The position numbers were made by a program, and so were the translations under genes. The notes under the pieces were generated by a model. That model was not told the origin of the DNA and did no database searches. It was given only the letters and a program-made list of their open reading frames with translations. DNA of 64,000 nt from the human T2T-CHM13v2.0 reference genome, Homo sapiens, in NCBI RefSeq assembly GCF_009914755.1, contig NC_060946.1, one strand, 5' to 3'. Positions 38,501 to 54,995 of the stretch are shown piece after piece (within the stretch, counting starts at the first letter, position 1; each line of letters begins with the position of its first letter).

Positions 38501-41500
38501 ACACTTGTCCACTCTCTGCCTACAGGGGCACGGTGAAATATCTCTGCACTGATCACCCAGGTGATGTAAGTCTTGCTTACGCTCTGCCTGCAGGGGCACT
38601 GTGAAATATCACTGCACTGATCACCCAGGTGACGGGACTGTTCTCTAGGCTCTGCCTACTGGGGGCATTGTCTCATATTTCTGCAATGATCACCCAGGTG
38701 ATGGACTCTTCTCTTGGACTTGCCTATGGGGGCATTGTGACATATCTCTGCACTAATCACACAGGTGATGTAACTCTGGTCTAACCTCTGCCTAAAGGGG
38801 CATTGTGAGAGATCTCTGCACAGATTACTCAGGTGATGTAACTATTGTCTTGGCTCTGCTTAAAGGGGCCTTGTCACATATCTCTGCACTGATCACTCAG
38901 GTGATGTAACTCCTGTCTAGGCTCTGCTTACAGGGGGTATTGTGACAACGCTCTGCACTGATCACCTAAGTGATGTAACACTTGTGTAGGCTCTGCCTAC
39001 TGGGGCATTTTGACATATCTCTGCACTGTTAACCGAGGTGATATAATTCTTTTCCAGGCTGTGCCCACAGAGGGATTGAGACATATCTCTGCACTGATCC
39101 CGAGATGACCCAACTCTTGCCTAGTCTCTGCCTACTGGGGACATTGTGACATATCTCTGCACTGTTCTCCCAGGTGCTGTAACTTCAGTCTAGGCTCTAG
39201 CTACACGGTATTGTGACATATCACTGCACTGATCAACCGGGTGATATAACTCTTGTCTAGGCTATGCCTACAGGGGGTTTGTGACATATCTCTGCACTGA
39301 TCACCCAGGTGATATAACACTTCTCTAGGATCTGCCCACAGGGTTCTTTGTGACATATCCCTGCAATGATCACCCAGGTGATATACCACTTATAAAGGCT
39401 CTGCCTACAAGAACATTGCAATGTATCTCTGCACTGATCACCTAGGTCATGTAACTCTTGTCTAGGCTCTTCTTATGGTGGCATTGTGACATATCTCTGC
39501 ACTGATCATCCAAGTTATGTAACACTTGTCTAGGATCTGCCTAAAGGGACTTTGTGACATAACTCTGCACTGATCATCCAGGTGATGGGGCATTTGTCTA
39601 GGCTCTGCCTAAGGGGGCATTGTGACATATTTCTGCACTGATCACCCAGATGACGGACTCTTGTCTGGGATCTGCCAATGGGGCATTGTGACATATCTCT
39701 GCACTGATCACCCAGGTGATGTAACCGTTGTATAACCTCTGCCTACAGGGGAATTGTGAGAGATCTCGCCACTGATCACCCAAGTGATGTAACTATTTTC
39801 TAGGCTTTGCCTACAGGGGGCTTTGTGACATACCTTTTCACTTATCACCCAGATGATGTAACTCATCTAAGTTCTGCCTAGAGGAAATTTGTGGTATATC
39901 TCTACACTGATCTCTTAGGTGTTGTAACACTTTTATAAGCACTGCCTACAGGGTATTTTGACAAATATCTGCCCTGATCACCTAGGTAATGTAACTCTTT
40001 TCTAGGATCTGCCTCAGGGTGCTTTGTGACATATCCCTGCAATGATCACCCAGGTGATGTAGCACTTGTCAAGGCTCTGCCTAAAGGGACATTGCGATGT
40101 ATCTCTGCACTGATCACCTAGGTCATGTAACACTTGTCTAGGCTCTGCCTACAGTGGCATTGTGACATAATTCTGCACTGATCATCCAAGTGATGTAACT
40201 ATTGTCTAGGATTTGCCTAAAGGGACTATGTGACATTACTCTGAGCTGATCATCCAGGTGATGGGTCTTTTGTCTATACTCTTCCTAGAGAGAGAATTTG
40301 TGACATATCTCTGCACTAATCACCCAGGTGATGGAAGTCCTGTCTAGGCTCTGTCTATGGGGGCATTGTGTCAAATATCTGCACTGATCACCCAGGTGAT
40401 GTAACTATTTTCTAGGCTCTGTCTAAAGCGATTTTTGTGACATATCACATCACTGATCACCTAGGTGATGTAAGCCTTGTATGGGCTTTGCCTACAGAAG
40501 GCTTTGTGACATATCTCTGCACTGATCTCTGAGGTGATGCAAATCTTGTCTAGGCACTGCCTACAGGGGACATTGGTACATATCTCTGCACTGATCACCC
40601 AGGTGATGGACTCTTGTCTTAAATCTGCCTAGATGGACATTGTGACACATCTCTGAACTGACCAACCAAGTGATGAAACTCTTGTCTAGGCTCTGCCTAC
40701 AGGGGCTTTGTGATATATCTCTGCACTGATCACCCTGGGGAGGGAACATTTGTCTACGCTCTGCCTACAGGAGGCTTTATGACTTATACCTGCACTGATA
40801 ACCTAGGTGATGTAACACTTGTCTAGGCTCTGCCTACACGGGAATTCTCACATATCTCTGCACTGATCACCCAGGGGACGGACTCTTGTCTTGGATCTGC
40901 CTGTGGGGGCATTGTGACATATCTCTGCACTGATCACCCAGGTGATGTAACTGTTGTATAAGCTCTGCCTACAGGGGTATTGTGAGAGATCTCGCCACTG
41001 ATCACCCAAGTGATGTAACTATTGTCTAGGCTTTCCCAAAAGGGGGCTTTGTGACATACCTTTGCACTGATCACCAAGGTGATGTATCTTATCTAATTTC
41101 TGCCTACAGGAGCTTTGTGACATATCTCTGCACTGATCACTTAGGTGATGTAACACTTTTATAACCACTGACTACAGGGAATTTTGACAAACCTCTGCGC
41201 TGACCACCTAGGTGTTGTAACTCTTCTCTACCCTCTGTTCAAAGGGGGCATTGTGAAATATCTCTGCACTGATCACCCAGGTGATTCAACTCTTGTCTAG
41301 GATCTGCCTACAGGGGATTTTGTGAAATATCTCTGCACTGATCAAATAGGTGATGTAACTAGTGTCTATACTCTGCCTACAGGTGCGTTTTCACATGTCC
41401 CTGGACTGATGACAAAGGTGATGTAACTGTTGCCTATGCTTTGCCTACAGGGGACATTGTGACATATCTCTGCACTGATCACCCAGGTGATGCAACTCTT

Positions 41501-43429
41501 CTCTATGCTCTGCCTACAGGGGACATTGTGACATATCTCTGCACTGATCAGCCATGTGATGCAACTCTTCTCTATGCCCTGCCTACTGGGGGCATTGTGA
41601 CATATCTCTGCAAGGATCACGCAGGTGATGTAACTCTTTTCTAGTCTCTGCCTACAGAGGGCGTTGTGACATCACTCTGCACGGATCACCCGGGTTATGT
41701 AACTCTTATCTATGCTCTACCTATGGGGGCATTGTGACTTATCTCTGCACTGATCACCCAGGAAATGTGACTCTTGTCTAAGCTCTGCCTAGAAGGACAC
41801 TGGGACATATCTCTGCACTGATCACTGAGGTGATTTAAAACTTCTCTCGGCTTTGCCTACAGTGGGATTTATGACATATCTCTGCACTGATCACCCAGGT
41901 GATGTAACTCTTATCTACGCTCTGCTTACAGGGGATATTGTGAGATATCTCTGCACTGATCACCCAGGTGATGTAACTCTTGTCTAGGCTCTGCCTACAG
42001 GGTCATTTTAACATATCACTGCACTGATCACCGAGATGATGTAACTCTTGTATAGGCTTCGCCGACAGGGGACGTTCAGATATATGTCTGCACTGATCAC
42101 CGAGGTGATGCATCTCTTGTCTGGGATCTGCTTAAATGGGGCACTGGGACATATCTCTGCCCTGATCACCCAGGTGATGTAACTCTTGTCTGGGCTCTGC
42201 CTACTGGAGACATTGTGACATATCTCCACACTGATCACCCAGGTGAGGTCACTTTTGTCAAGGATATGGCTACAGGGACATTGTGATATATCACTGCACT
42301 GATCCCACAGCTGATTTAACCCTTGTCTAGGCTCTAGCTACAGGGGGTTTGTGACACATCTCTGCACTGATCACCCAGGTGATGTAACCCTTGTCTAGGC
42401 TCTGCCAAAATGGGCCATTGTGACGTAACTCTGCACTGATCACCCAGGTGATGGGACACTTGTCTAGGCTCTGCCTACAGGATCATTGTGACATATCTCT
42501 GCACTCATCACCCAGGTGATGGACTCTTCTCTTAGATCTGCCTACATGGTCATTGTGACACATCTCTAAACTGATCAACCAAGTGATGAAACTCTTGTCT
42601 AGGCTCTGCCTACAGGGGCTTTGTGACACATCTCTGCACTGATCACCCTGGGGAGGGAACTCTTGTCTACACTCTGCCTACAGGAGTCTTTATGACTTAT
42701 ACCTGCACTGATAACCTAGGTGATGTAACACTTGTCTAGGCTCTGCCTACACAGGAATTCTCACGTATCTCTGCACTGATCACCTGGGTGATGTAACTCC
42801 TGTCTAGGATCAGCCTACAGGAGCGTTTTGACATGTCTCTGCACTGATGACCCAGGTGATGTAACACTTGTCTAAGCTGTTCCTATAGAGGCATTGTGAC
42901 AGATCTCTCCACTGCTCACCCAGGTGATGTAACAATTTTCTGGGCTTTGCCTACAGGGGGCTTTGTGATATATACATTTCCACTGATCAAACAGGTGATG
43001 TAACCCTTGTCAAGGTTCTGCTTACAGGGGCTTTGTGACATTTCTCTGCACTGATCACCCCAGGTAGGAAACACTTGTCTACACTCTGCCTACAGGAGGC
43101 TTTACAACTTATCCCTGCACTGATCACTTGGTGATGTAACACTTGTCTGGGATCTGTCTACATGGGAATTTTCACAGATCTCTGCACTGATCACCTAAGT
43201 TATGTAACCCTTGTCTAGGTTCAGCCTACTGGGGATTTCTGACATACCTATGCACTGATCACCGAGGTGATGTAAATCATTTCCAGGCTTTTTGTACAGC
43301 GGACATTGTGATATATATCTTCACTGATCACCCAAATGATGCAAATCTTCTCTACGCTCCGCAGGGAGGGGGCATTGTGACATATTTCTGAACTGATCGT
43401 CAAGGAGATGTAAGTATTCTCCAGGCTTT
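35543..43429 (-). repeat. Beta satellite array 5 (longest, ~7.9 kb)
   Basis: 68-bp monomers. Confidence 0.96.
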
Positions 43430-43899
43430 GACTAAAGAGCTTCGCAAGGTGTTGGGAGAGCCTCAGCTAGAATTTCATGGATGGACAAGGGCACAGAGAG
43501 GCCAGTAGGCTCCCTTGCACGACAGCCGGGGTGCGCAATGCACGCAGATCTAGCCAGGAGGCCGGCAAAGAGAGCTAGAGGTCTGTGTTCCGCCGCCAGG
43601 CGCTCCATGGTGGCAGCTGGGAGGCTGCAGGGGCACCGGCGGGCCGTCGATGGTGGCACAGAGGCGCAGAGGAGGCGAGCCGCCAGAGGGTGGTCAGGCC
43701 TGGACGCTGTGCAGGCCCAGTGTTTTGCGGGATGGGGGTCTCCACCCAGCCCAGGGGAGGATGCATTTTCTGGTGGTTGGAGGTGGGGGTGGCGTGGGGG
43801 TGGTCAGGCGGGGGTGGGGTTGTGGAAAGACATGAGAGCTCTGCCCGGGCTACTCCCACAGCCCAGGCGGCTGACCGCAAACCCGCGGGTGTGCAGTAG
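43430..43899 (-). repeat. Truncated cassette: pLAM-like segment plus intron-2-like D4Z4 sequence, cut at the inversion junction
   Basis: Matches 4920-5390 of cassette B, then switches to plus-strand beta satellite. Confidence 0.9.
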
Positions 43900-45267
43900 C
43901 GAGATCTCTCACAATTCCCCTTTAGGCAGAGCTTATACAACAGTTACATCACCTGGGTGATCAGTGCAGAGATATGTCACAGTGCCCCCATAGACAGATC
44001 CAAGATAAGAGTCCGTCACCTGGGTGATCAGTGCAGAAATAGATCACAATGCCCCCTTAGGCAGAGCCTAGACAAAATCCCCATCACGTGGATGATCAGT
44101 GCAAAGTTATGTCACAAAGACCCTTTAGGCAGATCCTAGACAAGATTTATATCACTTGGATGATCAGTGCAGAGATATGTCACAATGTCACTGTAGGCAG
44201 AGCCTAGACAAGAGTTACATGACCTAGGTGATCAGTGCAGAGATACATCAAAATGTCCCTGGAGCAAGAGCCTTGACAAGTGGTACATCACCTGGGTGAT
44301 CATTGCAGGGATATGTCACAAAGCACCCTATAGGCAGATCCTAGAGAAGAGTTATATCACCTGGGTGATCAGTGCAGAGATATGTCACAAGAACCCTGTA
44401 GGTAGAGCCTAGACAAGAGTTATATCACCTGGGTGATCAGTGCAGTGATATGTCACAATGCCGTGTAGCCAGAGCGTAGACTAAATTTACAGCACATGGG
44501 AGATCAGTGCAGAGATATGTCACAATGTCCCCAGTAGGCAGAGACCACGCAAGAGTTGAATCACCTCCGGATCAGTGCAGAGATACTTCTCAATGCCCCT
44601 GTGGGCACCCCCAAGACAAGAGTTACATCACATCAGTTAACAGTGCAGAGATATGTCACAATGGCCCCATAGGCAAATGCAAGAGGAGAGTCCGTCACCT
44701 GGGTGATCAGTGCAGAAATATGTGACAATAACCCAAGTAGACGGAGCCTAGAGAAGAGTCCCATCACCTGGGTGATCCGTGCAGAGATATTTCACAATGC
44801 CCCTGCAGGCAGAGGGTATGCAAGAGTTACATCACCTAGATGATCAGTGCAGAGATATGTCACAAGGCCGCTATATGCAGAGCCTGGACAAGAGTTACAT
44901 CACCTCGGTGATCAATGCAGTGATATGTCACTATGCCCCGTAGGCAGAGCCTAGTCACGCGTTACATCACCTGGGTTAGCAGTGCAGAGATATGTCACAA
45001 AGCCCCCATACACAGAGCCTAGACAAGAGTCCCATCACCTGGGTGATCAGTGCAGAAATATGTCACAATGTCCCCATAGGCAGATCCAACACAAGTGTTA
45101 CATCACCTGGGTGATCAGTATAGAGATATGTCACAATGCCCCCATAGGCAGAGCCTAGACAAAAGTCCCATCACCTGGGTGGTCAGTGCAGAGATATGTC
45201 ACAAAGCCACTGTAGGCAGAGCTTAGACAAGTGTTACATCACTTTTTTGATTAGTTTAGAGATGTGT
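43900..45267 (+). repeat. Beta satellite array 6 (inverted relative to arrays 1-5)
   Basis: GTTACATCACCTGGGTGATCAGTGCAGAGATATGTCAC monomers on +. Confidence 0.96.
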
Positions 45268-45885
45268 CCTGCTGACTGTTTGCTCCCAGAGCTCTGTGGG
45301 CAGCCGGAAACATGCAGGGAATGGTGGAAGACCAGCATGGTGCCTTCGCTCTCCTTCCCAGTTTCCAAACCGGCCACACTGCAGACTCCCCATCTTGCCG
45401 CACACGGGAATCCATCATCAGGCCATCAGGCCAGGGAGACATCTTCTCTCTGGGGTATTGCTCTGGTATCCTACATGGAAATGAAGGAGAGCCACACGCC
45501 TGCGTGTGTGAGACTGTCCAGGCAATGGCGACACCCACAGTCACTGCCTCCTTCACGGAGAGAGGGCCTGGAACACTCCAGACTCCCACGGAGGTTCAGT
45601 TCCACACTCCCCTGCACCCTCCCAGGCCGGTTTCTCCCTGCTGAAGACGCGTGGGAGCCCAGAGAGCCTCTTCCCGTTCCCACGGTATGCCTGGAGAGGT
45701 CCGGAGAGCCAGCCCCGAAACGCGCCCACCTCACCCCTTCCCCCTCGTCCACTTCCTCTTCGTCTCTCCGGCCCCACCAGCACTATCACCACGTCCTCCC
45801 CCCCGACACCAACACCCCCCCCGGCCGCAGGCCTCGACGCCCTGGGATGCTTCCAGGGTGGGGCGGGCTGTCCCAGGGCTCACCA

Positions 45886-47332
<1,447 letters not shown>

Positions 47333-47340
47333 GACACTAG

Positions 47341-48075
47341 GTTGGGACGGGGTCGGGTCGGGGCAGGGCGGTGTCCTCTCTTTCGTGGGTAACACCTGAA
47401 TGGCTATGGAGGGGCTTGTCTTCCCCCAGCCCCCTCCACTGGGCTGACCAGCCTAGGATTCCTGCCTTCTAGGTCTAGGCCCGGTGAGAGGCTCCACACA
47501 GCAGAGAACAGTCATTCTTTCCTGGGCATCCCGGGGATCCCAGATCTGGCCCAGGTACCAGCAGGTGGGCCACCTACTGCCCACGCGCGGGTTTGCGGGA
47601 AGCCCCCTGGGCTGTGGGAGCAGCCAGGGTAGAGCTCTCATGCCTCTCCACTACCCCACCCCCACCTGACCACCCCTCCCCAACCCCACGCCCCCCAACC
47701 GGAGAAAGCATCCTCCCCTGGGCTGGGTGGAGACCCCCATCCCACGAAACACCAGGCCTGCATAGCATCCAGTCCTGACACCACTCTGGTGACTCGCCTC
47801 CTCTGCGCCTCTGCGCCACCATCGCCGGCCCGCCCGTGCCCCTGCAGCCTCTCAGCTGCAACCATGGAGGGCCTGGTGGTGGAACGCAGACCTCTAGCTC
47901 TCTTTGCCGGCCTCCTGGCTAGAACTACGCTCATTGCACACCCCGGCTGACGTGCAAGGGAGCCTGCTGGCCTCTCTGTTTCCTTGTCCCTCCGTGAAAT
48001 TCCGGCTGAGGCTCTCCCAACACCTTCCTACACTCTTTAGACAAAGCCTGGAGAATAGTTACATTTCCTGGATGA
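47341..48075 (+). other. DUX4-like 3' UTR splice architecture: intron 1 47341-47472, exon 2 47473-47564, intron 2 47565-47922, exon 3 (pLAM-like) from 47923
   Basis: GT at 47341, CTTCTAG ending 47472, CAG|GTGGG at 47565, CCTGGCTAG ending 47922; boundaries inferred from recalled DUX4 gene structure. Confidence 0.6.
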
Positions 48076-48077
48076 AA

Positions 48078-48109
48078 TGTATAAATAAAGCAATAGCACC
48101 TGGAATAAA
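48078..48109 (+). terminator. Candidate polyadenylation signal: TGTA plus two AATAAA
   Basis: TGTA 48078-48081; AATAAA 48084-48089 and 48104-48109, sense to copy G; function untested. Confidence 0.5.
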
Positions 48110-48123
48110 GCGATAGCACCTGG

Positions 48124-49370
48124 GAGATCAGTGCAGAGATATGTCACAATGTCCCCAGTGGGCAGAGACCAGGCAAGAGTTGGATCACCTCGGGATCAGT
48201 GCAGAGATATGCCTCAATCCCCCTGTGGGCACAGCCTAGACAAGAGTTACATCACCTCGGTTAACAGTGCAGATATATGTCAAAATGCCCCTGTAGGCAG
48301 AGCCTACAAAAGTGTTACATCACTTAAGTGATCAGTGTATAGATATGTCACAATACCCCCTGTGACCAGAGCCTAGACAAGAGTTACATCACGTAGGTGA
48401 TCAGTGCAGAGATATGTGACAAGGCCCCTTTAAGCAGAGCCTAGAAAATAGTTACATCACCTGAGTGATGAATGCAGAAATCTGTCACAATGCCCCTTTA
48501 GGCAGAGCTTAGACCAGAGTTGCAACACCTGGGTGACCATTGCAGAGAGATGTCACAATGCCCCCACAGGCAAATCCAAGACAAGAGTCCGTCTGCTGGG
48601 TGATCAGTTCAGAAATTTGTGAGAATGCCCCCAGTATTCAGAGCCTAGAGAAGAGTCCCTTCACCTGGGTCATCAGTGCAGAGATATTTCACGATGTCCC
48701 TGCAGGCAGAGTGTAAGCAAGAGTTACATCACCTAGATGATCAGTGCAGAGATATGTCACAAGGACCCCTATAGTCAGAGCCTGGACAAGAGTTACACCA
48801 CCTGGGTGATCAGTGCAGAGATATGTCACAATGCCACCATAGGCAGAGCCTAGACAATAGTTACATGACCTAGGTGATCAGTGCAGAGATACATCGCAAT
48901 GCCCCTGTAGGCAGAGCCTTGACAATTGGTATATCACCTGGGTGATCATTGCAGGGATATGTCACAAAGCACCCTGTAGTCAGATTCTAGAGAAGAGTTA
49001 TATCACCTCGGTGATCAATGCAGTGATATGTCACTATGCCCCGTAGGCAGAGCCTAGTCAAGCATTACATCACCTGGGTGATCAGTGCAGAGATATGTCA
49101 CAATGCCCCCATACACAGAGCCTAGACAACAGTCCCATCACCTGGGTGATCAGTGAAGAAATATGTCACAATGCCCCCATAGGCAGATCCAACACAAGAA
49201 TTACATCACCTGGGTGATCAGTGTAGAGATATGTCACAATGCCCTCATAGGCAGAGCCTAGAAAAAATTCCCACCACCTGGGTGATCAGTGCAGAGATAT
49301 GTCACAAAGCCCCTGTAGGCAGAGCCTAGACAAGAGTTACATCACTTTGTTGATCAGTTCAGAGATGTGT
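48124..49370 (+). repeat. Beta satellite array 7 (short, proximal part deleted)
   Basis: 68-bp monomers; lacks the pLAM-adjacent monomer series found in other arrays. Confidence 0.95.
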
Positions 49371-52145
<2,775 letters not shown>

Positions 52146-54100
52146 CAAAGCCTGGGGAATAGTTACATCTCCTGGATGATCAGTTTAGAAGTATGTCACA
52201 ATGCCCCCACCCTGCGGAGCCTAGAGAAGATTTGCATCATTTGGGTGATCAGTGCAGAGATACATCACAGGGTCCCCTGTACAAAAAGCCTGGAAATGAT
52301 TTACATCACCTCGGTGATCAGTGCATAGGTATGTCAGAAATCCCCAGTAGGCTGAAACTAGACAAGGGTTACATCATTTAGGTGATCAGTGTAGAGATAT
52401 GTGAAAATTCCAGTGTAGACGGTGCCTAGACAAGCATTACATCACCTAGTGATCAGTGCAGGGATAAGTCGTAAAGCCTCCCTTAGGCAGAGTGTAGACA
52501 AGTGTTTCCTACCTGGGGTGATCAGTGCAGAGTTATGTCACAAAGCCCCTGTAAGCAGAACCTTGACAAGGGTTACATCACCTGTTTGATCAGTGGAAAT
52601 CTATATCACAAAGCCTCCTGTAGCAAAGCCCAGAATATTGTTACATCACCTGTTTGATCAGTGGAATTGTATATCACAAAGCCCCTTGTAGGCAAAGCCC
52701 AGACAATTGTTACATTACCTGGGTGAGCAGTGGAGAGATCTGTCACAATGCCCCTGTAGGCAGAGCTTAGACAAGGTTTTCATCACCTGGGTGATCAGTG
52801 CAGTGATATGTCAAAATGCTCCTGTAGGCTGAACCTAGAAAGGAGTTACATCACCCGGGTGATCAGTGCAGAGATATGTGGGAATTCCCGTATAGGCAGA
52901 GCCTGGACAAGTGTTACATCACCTAGGTTATCAGTGCAGATATAAGTCATAAAGCCTCATGTAGGCAGAGCGTAGACAAGAGTTCCCTCCCCAGGGTGAT
53001 CAGTGCAGAGATGTGTCACAAAGCCCCTGTAGGCAGAGCCTAGACAAGAGTTTCTTCACTTGGATGATCAGTTCAGAGATGTGTCACAACATCCATGTAG
53101 GCAGATCTAAGACAAGGGTCCATCACCTGGGTGATCAGTGCAGAGACATGTACCAATGTCCCCTGTATGCGGTGCCTAGATAAGAGTTGCATCACCTCAG
53201 AGATCAGTGCATAGATATCTCACAAACCCTTCTGTAGGCAAAGCCTGTACAAGGCTTACATCACCTAGGTGATCAGTGCAGTGATATGTCACACAAAACC
53301 CTGTAGACAGAGCCTAGAGAAGAGTTACATCACCTGGGTGTTCAGTGCAGATATTTGACACAATGCCCCCATAGACAGAGCCTAGAGAAGACTTCCATCT
53401 CCTCGGTGATCAGTGCAGAGATATTTCACAAATCCCTCCCTAGGCAGAGTATAGAGAAGAGTCCCATCACCTGGGTGATCAGTGCAGAGATGATTCACAA
53501 TGCCCCCTGTAGGTAGAGAGTGGACAAGAGTTACATAACCTAGGTGATCTGTGCAGAGTTGTGTCAAAACGCCCCTGTAGGCAGAGCCTTGATAAATGTT
53601 ACATCACCTGGGTGATCAGTGAAGAGATACGTCACAATAACCCCTGTAGATGCAGCCTAGACAAGAGTTACATCACCTGGGTGATCAATGCAGAGATATG
53701 TCACAAAGCACCTGTAGGCAGAGTCTAAACAAGTGTTACATCACCTGGTTGATCAGTGCAGAAATATGTCACAATGCTCCTGTAGGCCGAGCCTAGACAA
53801 GAGTTACGTCTCCTGGTTGATCAGTGCAAAGATATGTCACAAAGCACACTGTAGACAAATTCCAGAAAATTGTTACATCACCTGGGTGATCAGTGGAGAT
53901 ATCTGTCACAATTCCCCTTTAGGTGCAGCTTAGACAAGCGTTACATCACATAAGTGATCAGTGCAGAGATATGTCACTATGCCCCCATAGGCAGATCCAA
54001 GACAAGAGTCCATCACCTGGGTGATCAGTGCAGAAATATGCCACAATGCCACAAGTAGGCAGATATAGACAACAGTTACATCACCTGCGTGATCACTGCA
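52146..54100 (+). repeat. Beta satellite array 8
   Basis: 68-bp monomers. Confidence 0.96.
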
Positions 54101-54130
54101 AGATGCACTGCAGGATTACTGCAGGATGCA

Positions 54131-54292
54131 CTGCTGCTGGATGAGCTCCTGGCGAGCCTGGTGTTTCTGCATCAGGTGCAACCTTTCCTAGAAATGGAGG
54201 ACCCAGGGGAGCTAGAGTCCTTGGAAGAGGCCGCCTCGCTGGAAGAACCCCTCAGTGAGGAAGAATACCGGGATCTGCTGGAGGAGCTTTAG
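54131..54292 (+). pseudogene. DUX4L: DUX4-like fragment I: C-terminal activation domain only
   Basis: [53 protein letters not shown]; upstream sequence is beta satellite plus filler. Confidence 0.9.
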
Positions 54293-54995
54293 GACGCGGG
54301 GTTGTGACGGTTTCAGGTCGGTGCAGGGCGGTGGCCTCTCTTTCGCGGGGAACACCTAGCTGTCTATGGTGGAGCGTGTCTACCCCCGCCCCCTCCACTG
54401 CGATGACCGGCCTGGGATTCCTGCCTTCTAGTTCTAGGCGCGGTGAGAGACTCCACACAGCGGTGAACTGCCATTCTTTCCTGTGCATCCCGGGGATCCC
54501 AGAGCTGGCCCAGGTACCAGCAGGTGGGCTGACTACTGCGCACGTGCGGGTTTGCGGGCAGCCGCCTGGGCTGTGGGAGCAGCCCGGGTAGAGCTCTCCT
54601 GCCTTTCCTCCACCCCACCACCGACTGAGCACACCATCCCCACCCTCACAGCCCCACCCCCGGAAAATACGTCCTTCCCTGGGCTGGGTGGAGAACCCCA
54701 TCCTGCGAAACACGGGGCCAGCGCAGCATCCAGGCCTGACACCCCTCCGGTGGCTCACCTCCTCTGCCCCTCTGTGCCACCGTCGCCAGTGCCCCTGCAG
54801 CTTCCCAGCTGCCACCATGGAGCGCCTGGCGGCGGAACGCAGACCTCTAGCTCTCTTTGCCAGCCTCCTGGCTAGAACTGCGCACATTGCGCACCCCGGC
54901 TGATGTGCAAGGGAGCCCGTTGGCCTCTCTGTGCCCTTGACCATCCCGGAAATTCCAGCTGAGGCTCTCCCAACAACTTCCAACGCTCTTTAGTC
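54131..54995 (+). repeat. 5'-truncated D4Z4-like cassette I with pLAM-like end
   Basis: KpnI site near 54513; pLAM-like segment ~54850-54995. Confidence 0.9.
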
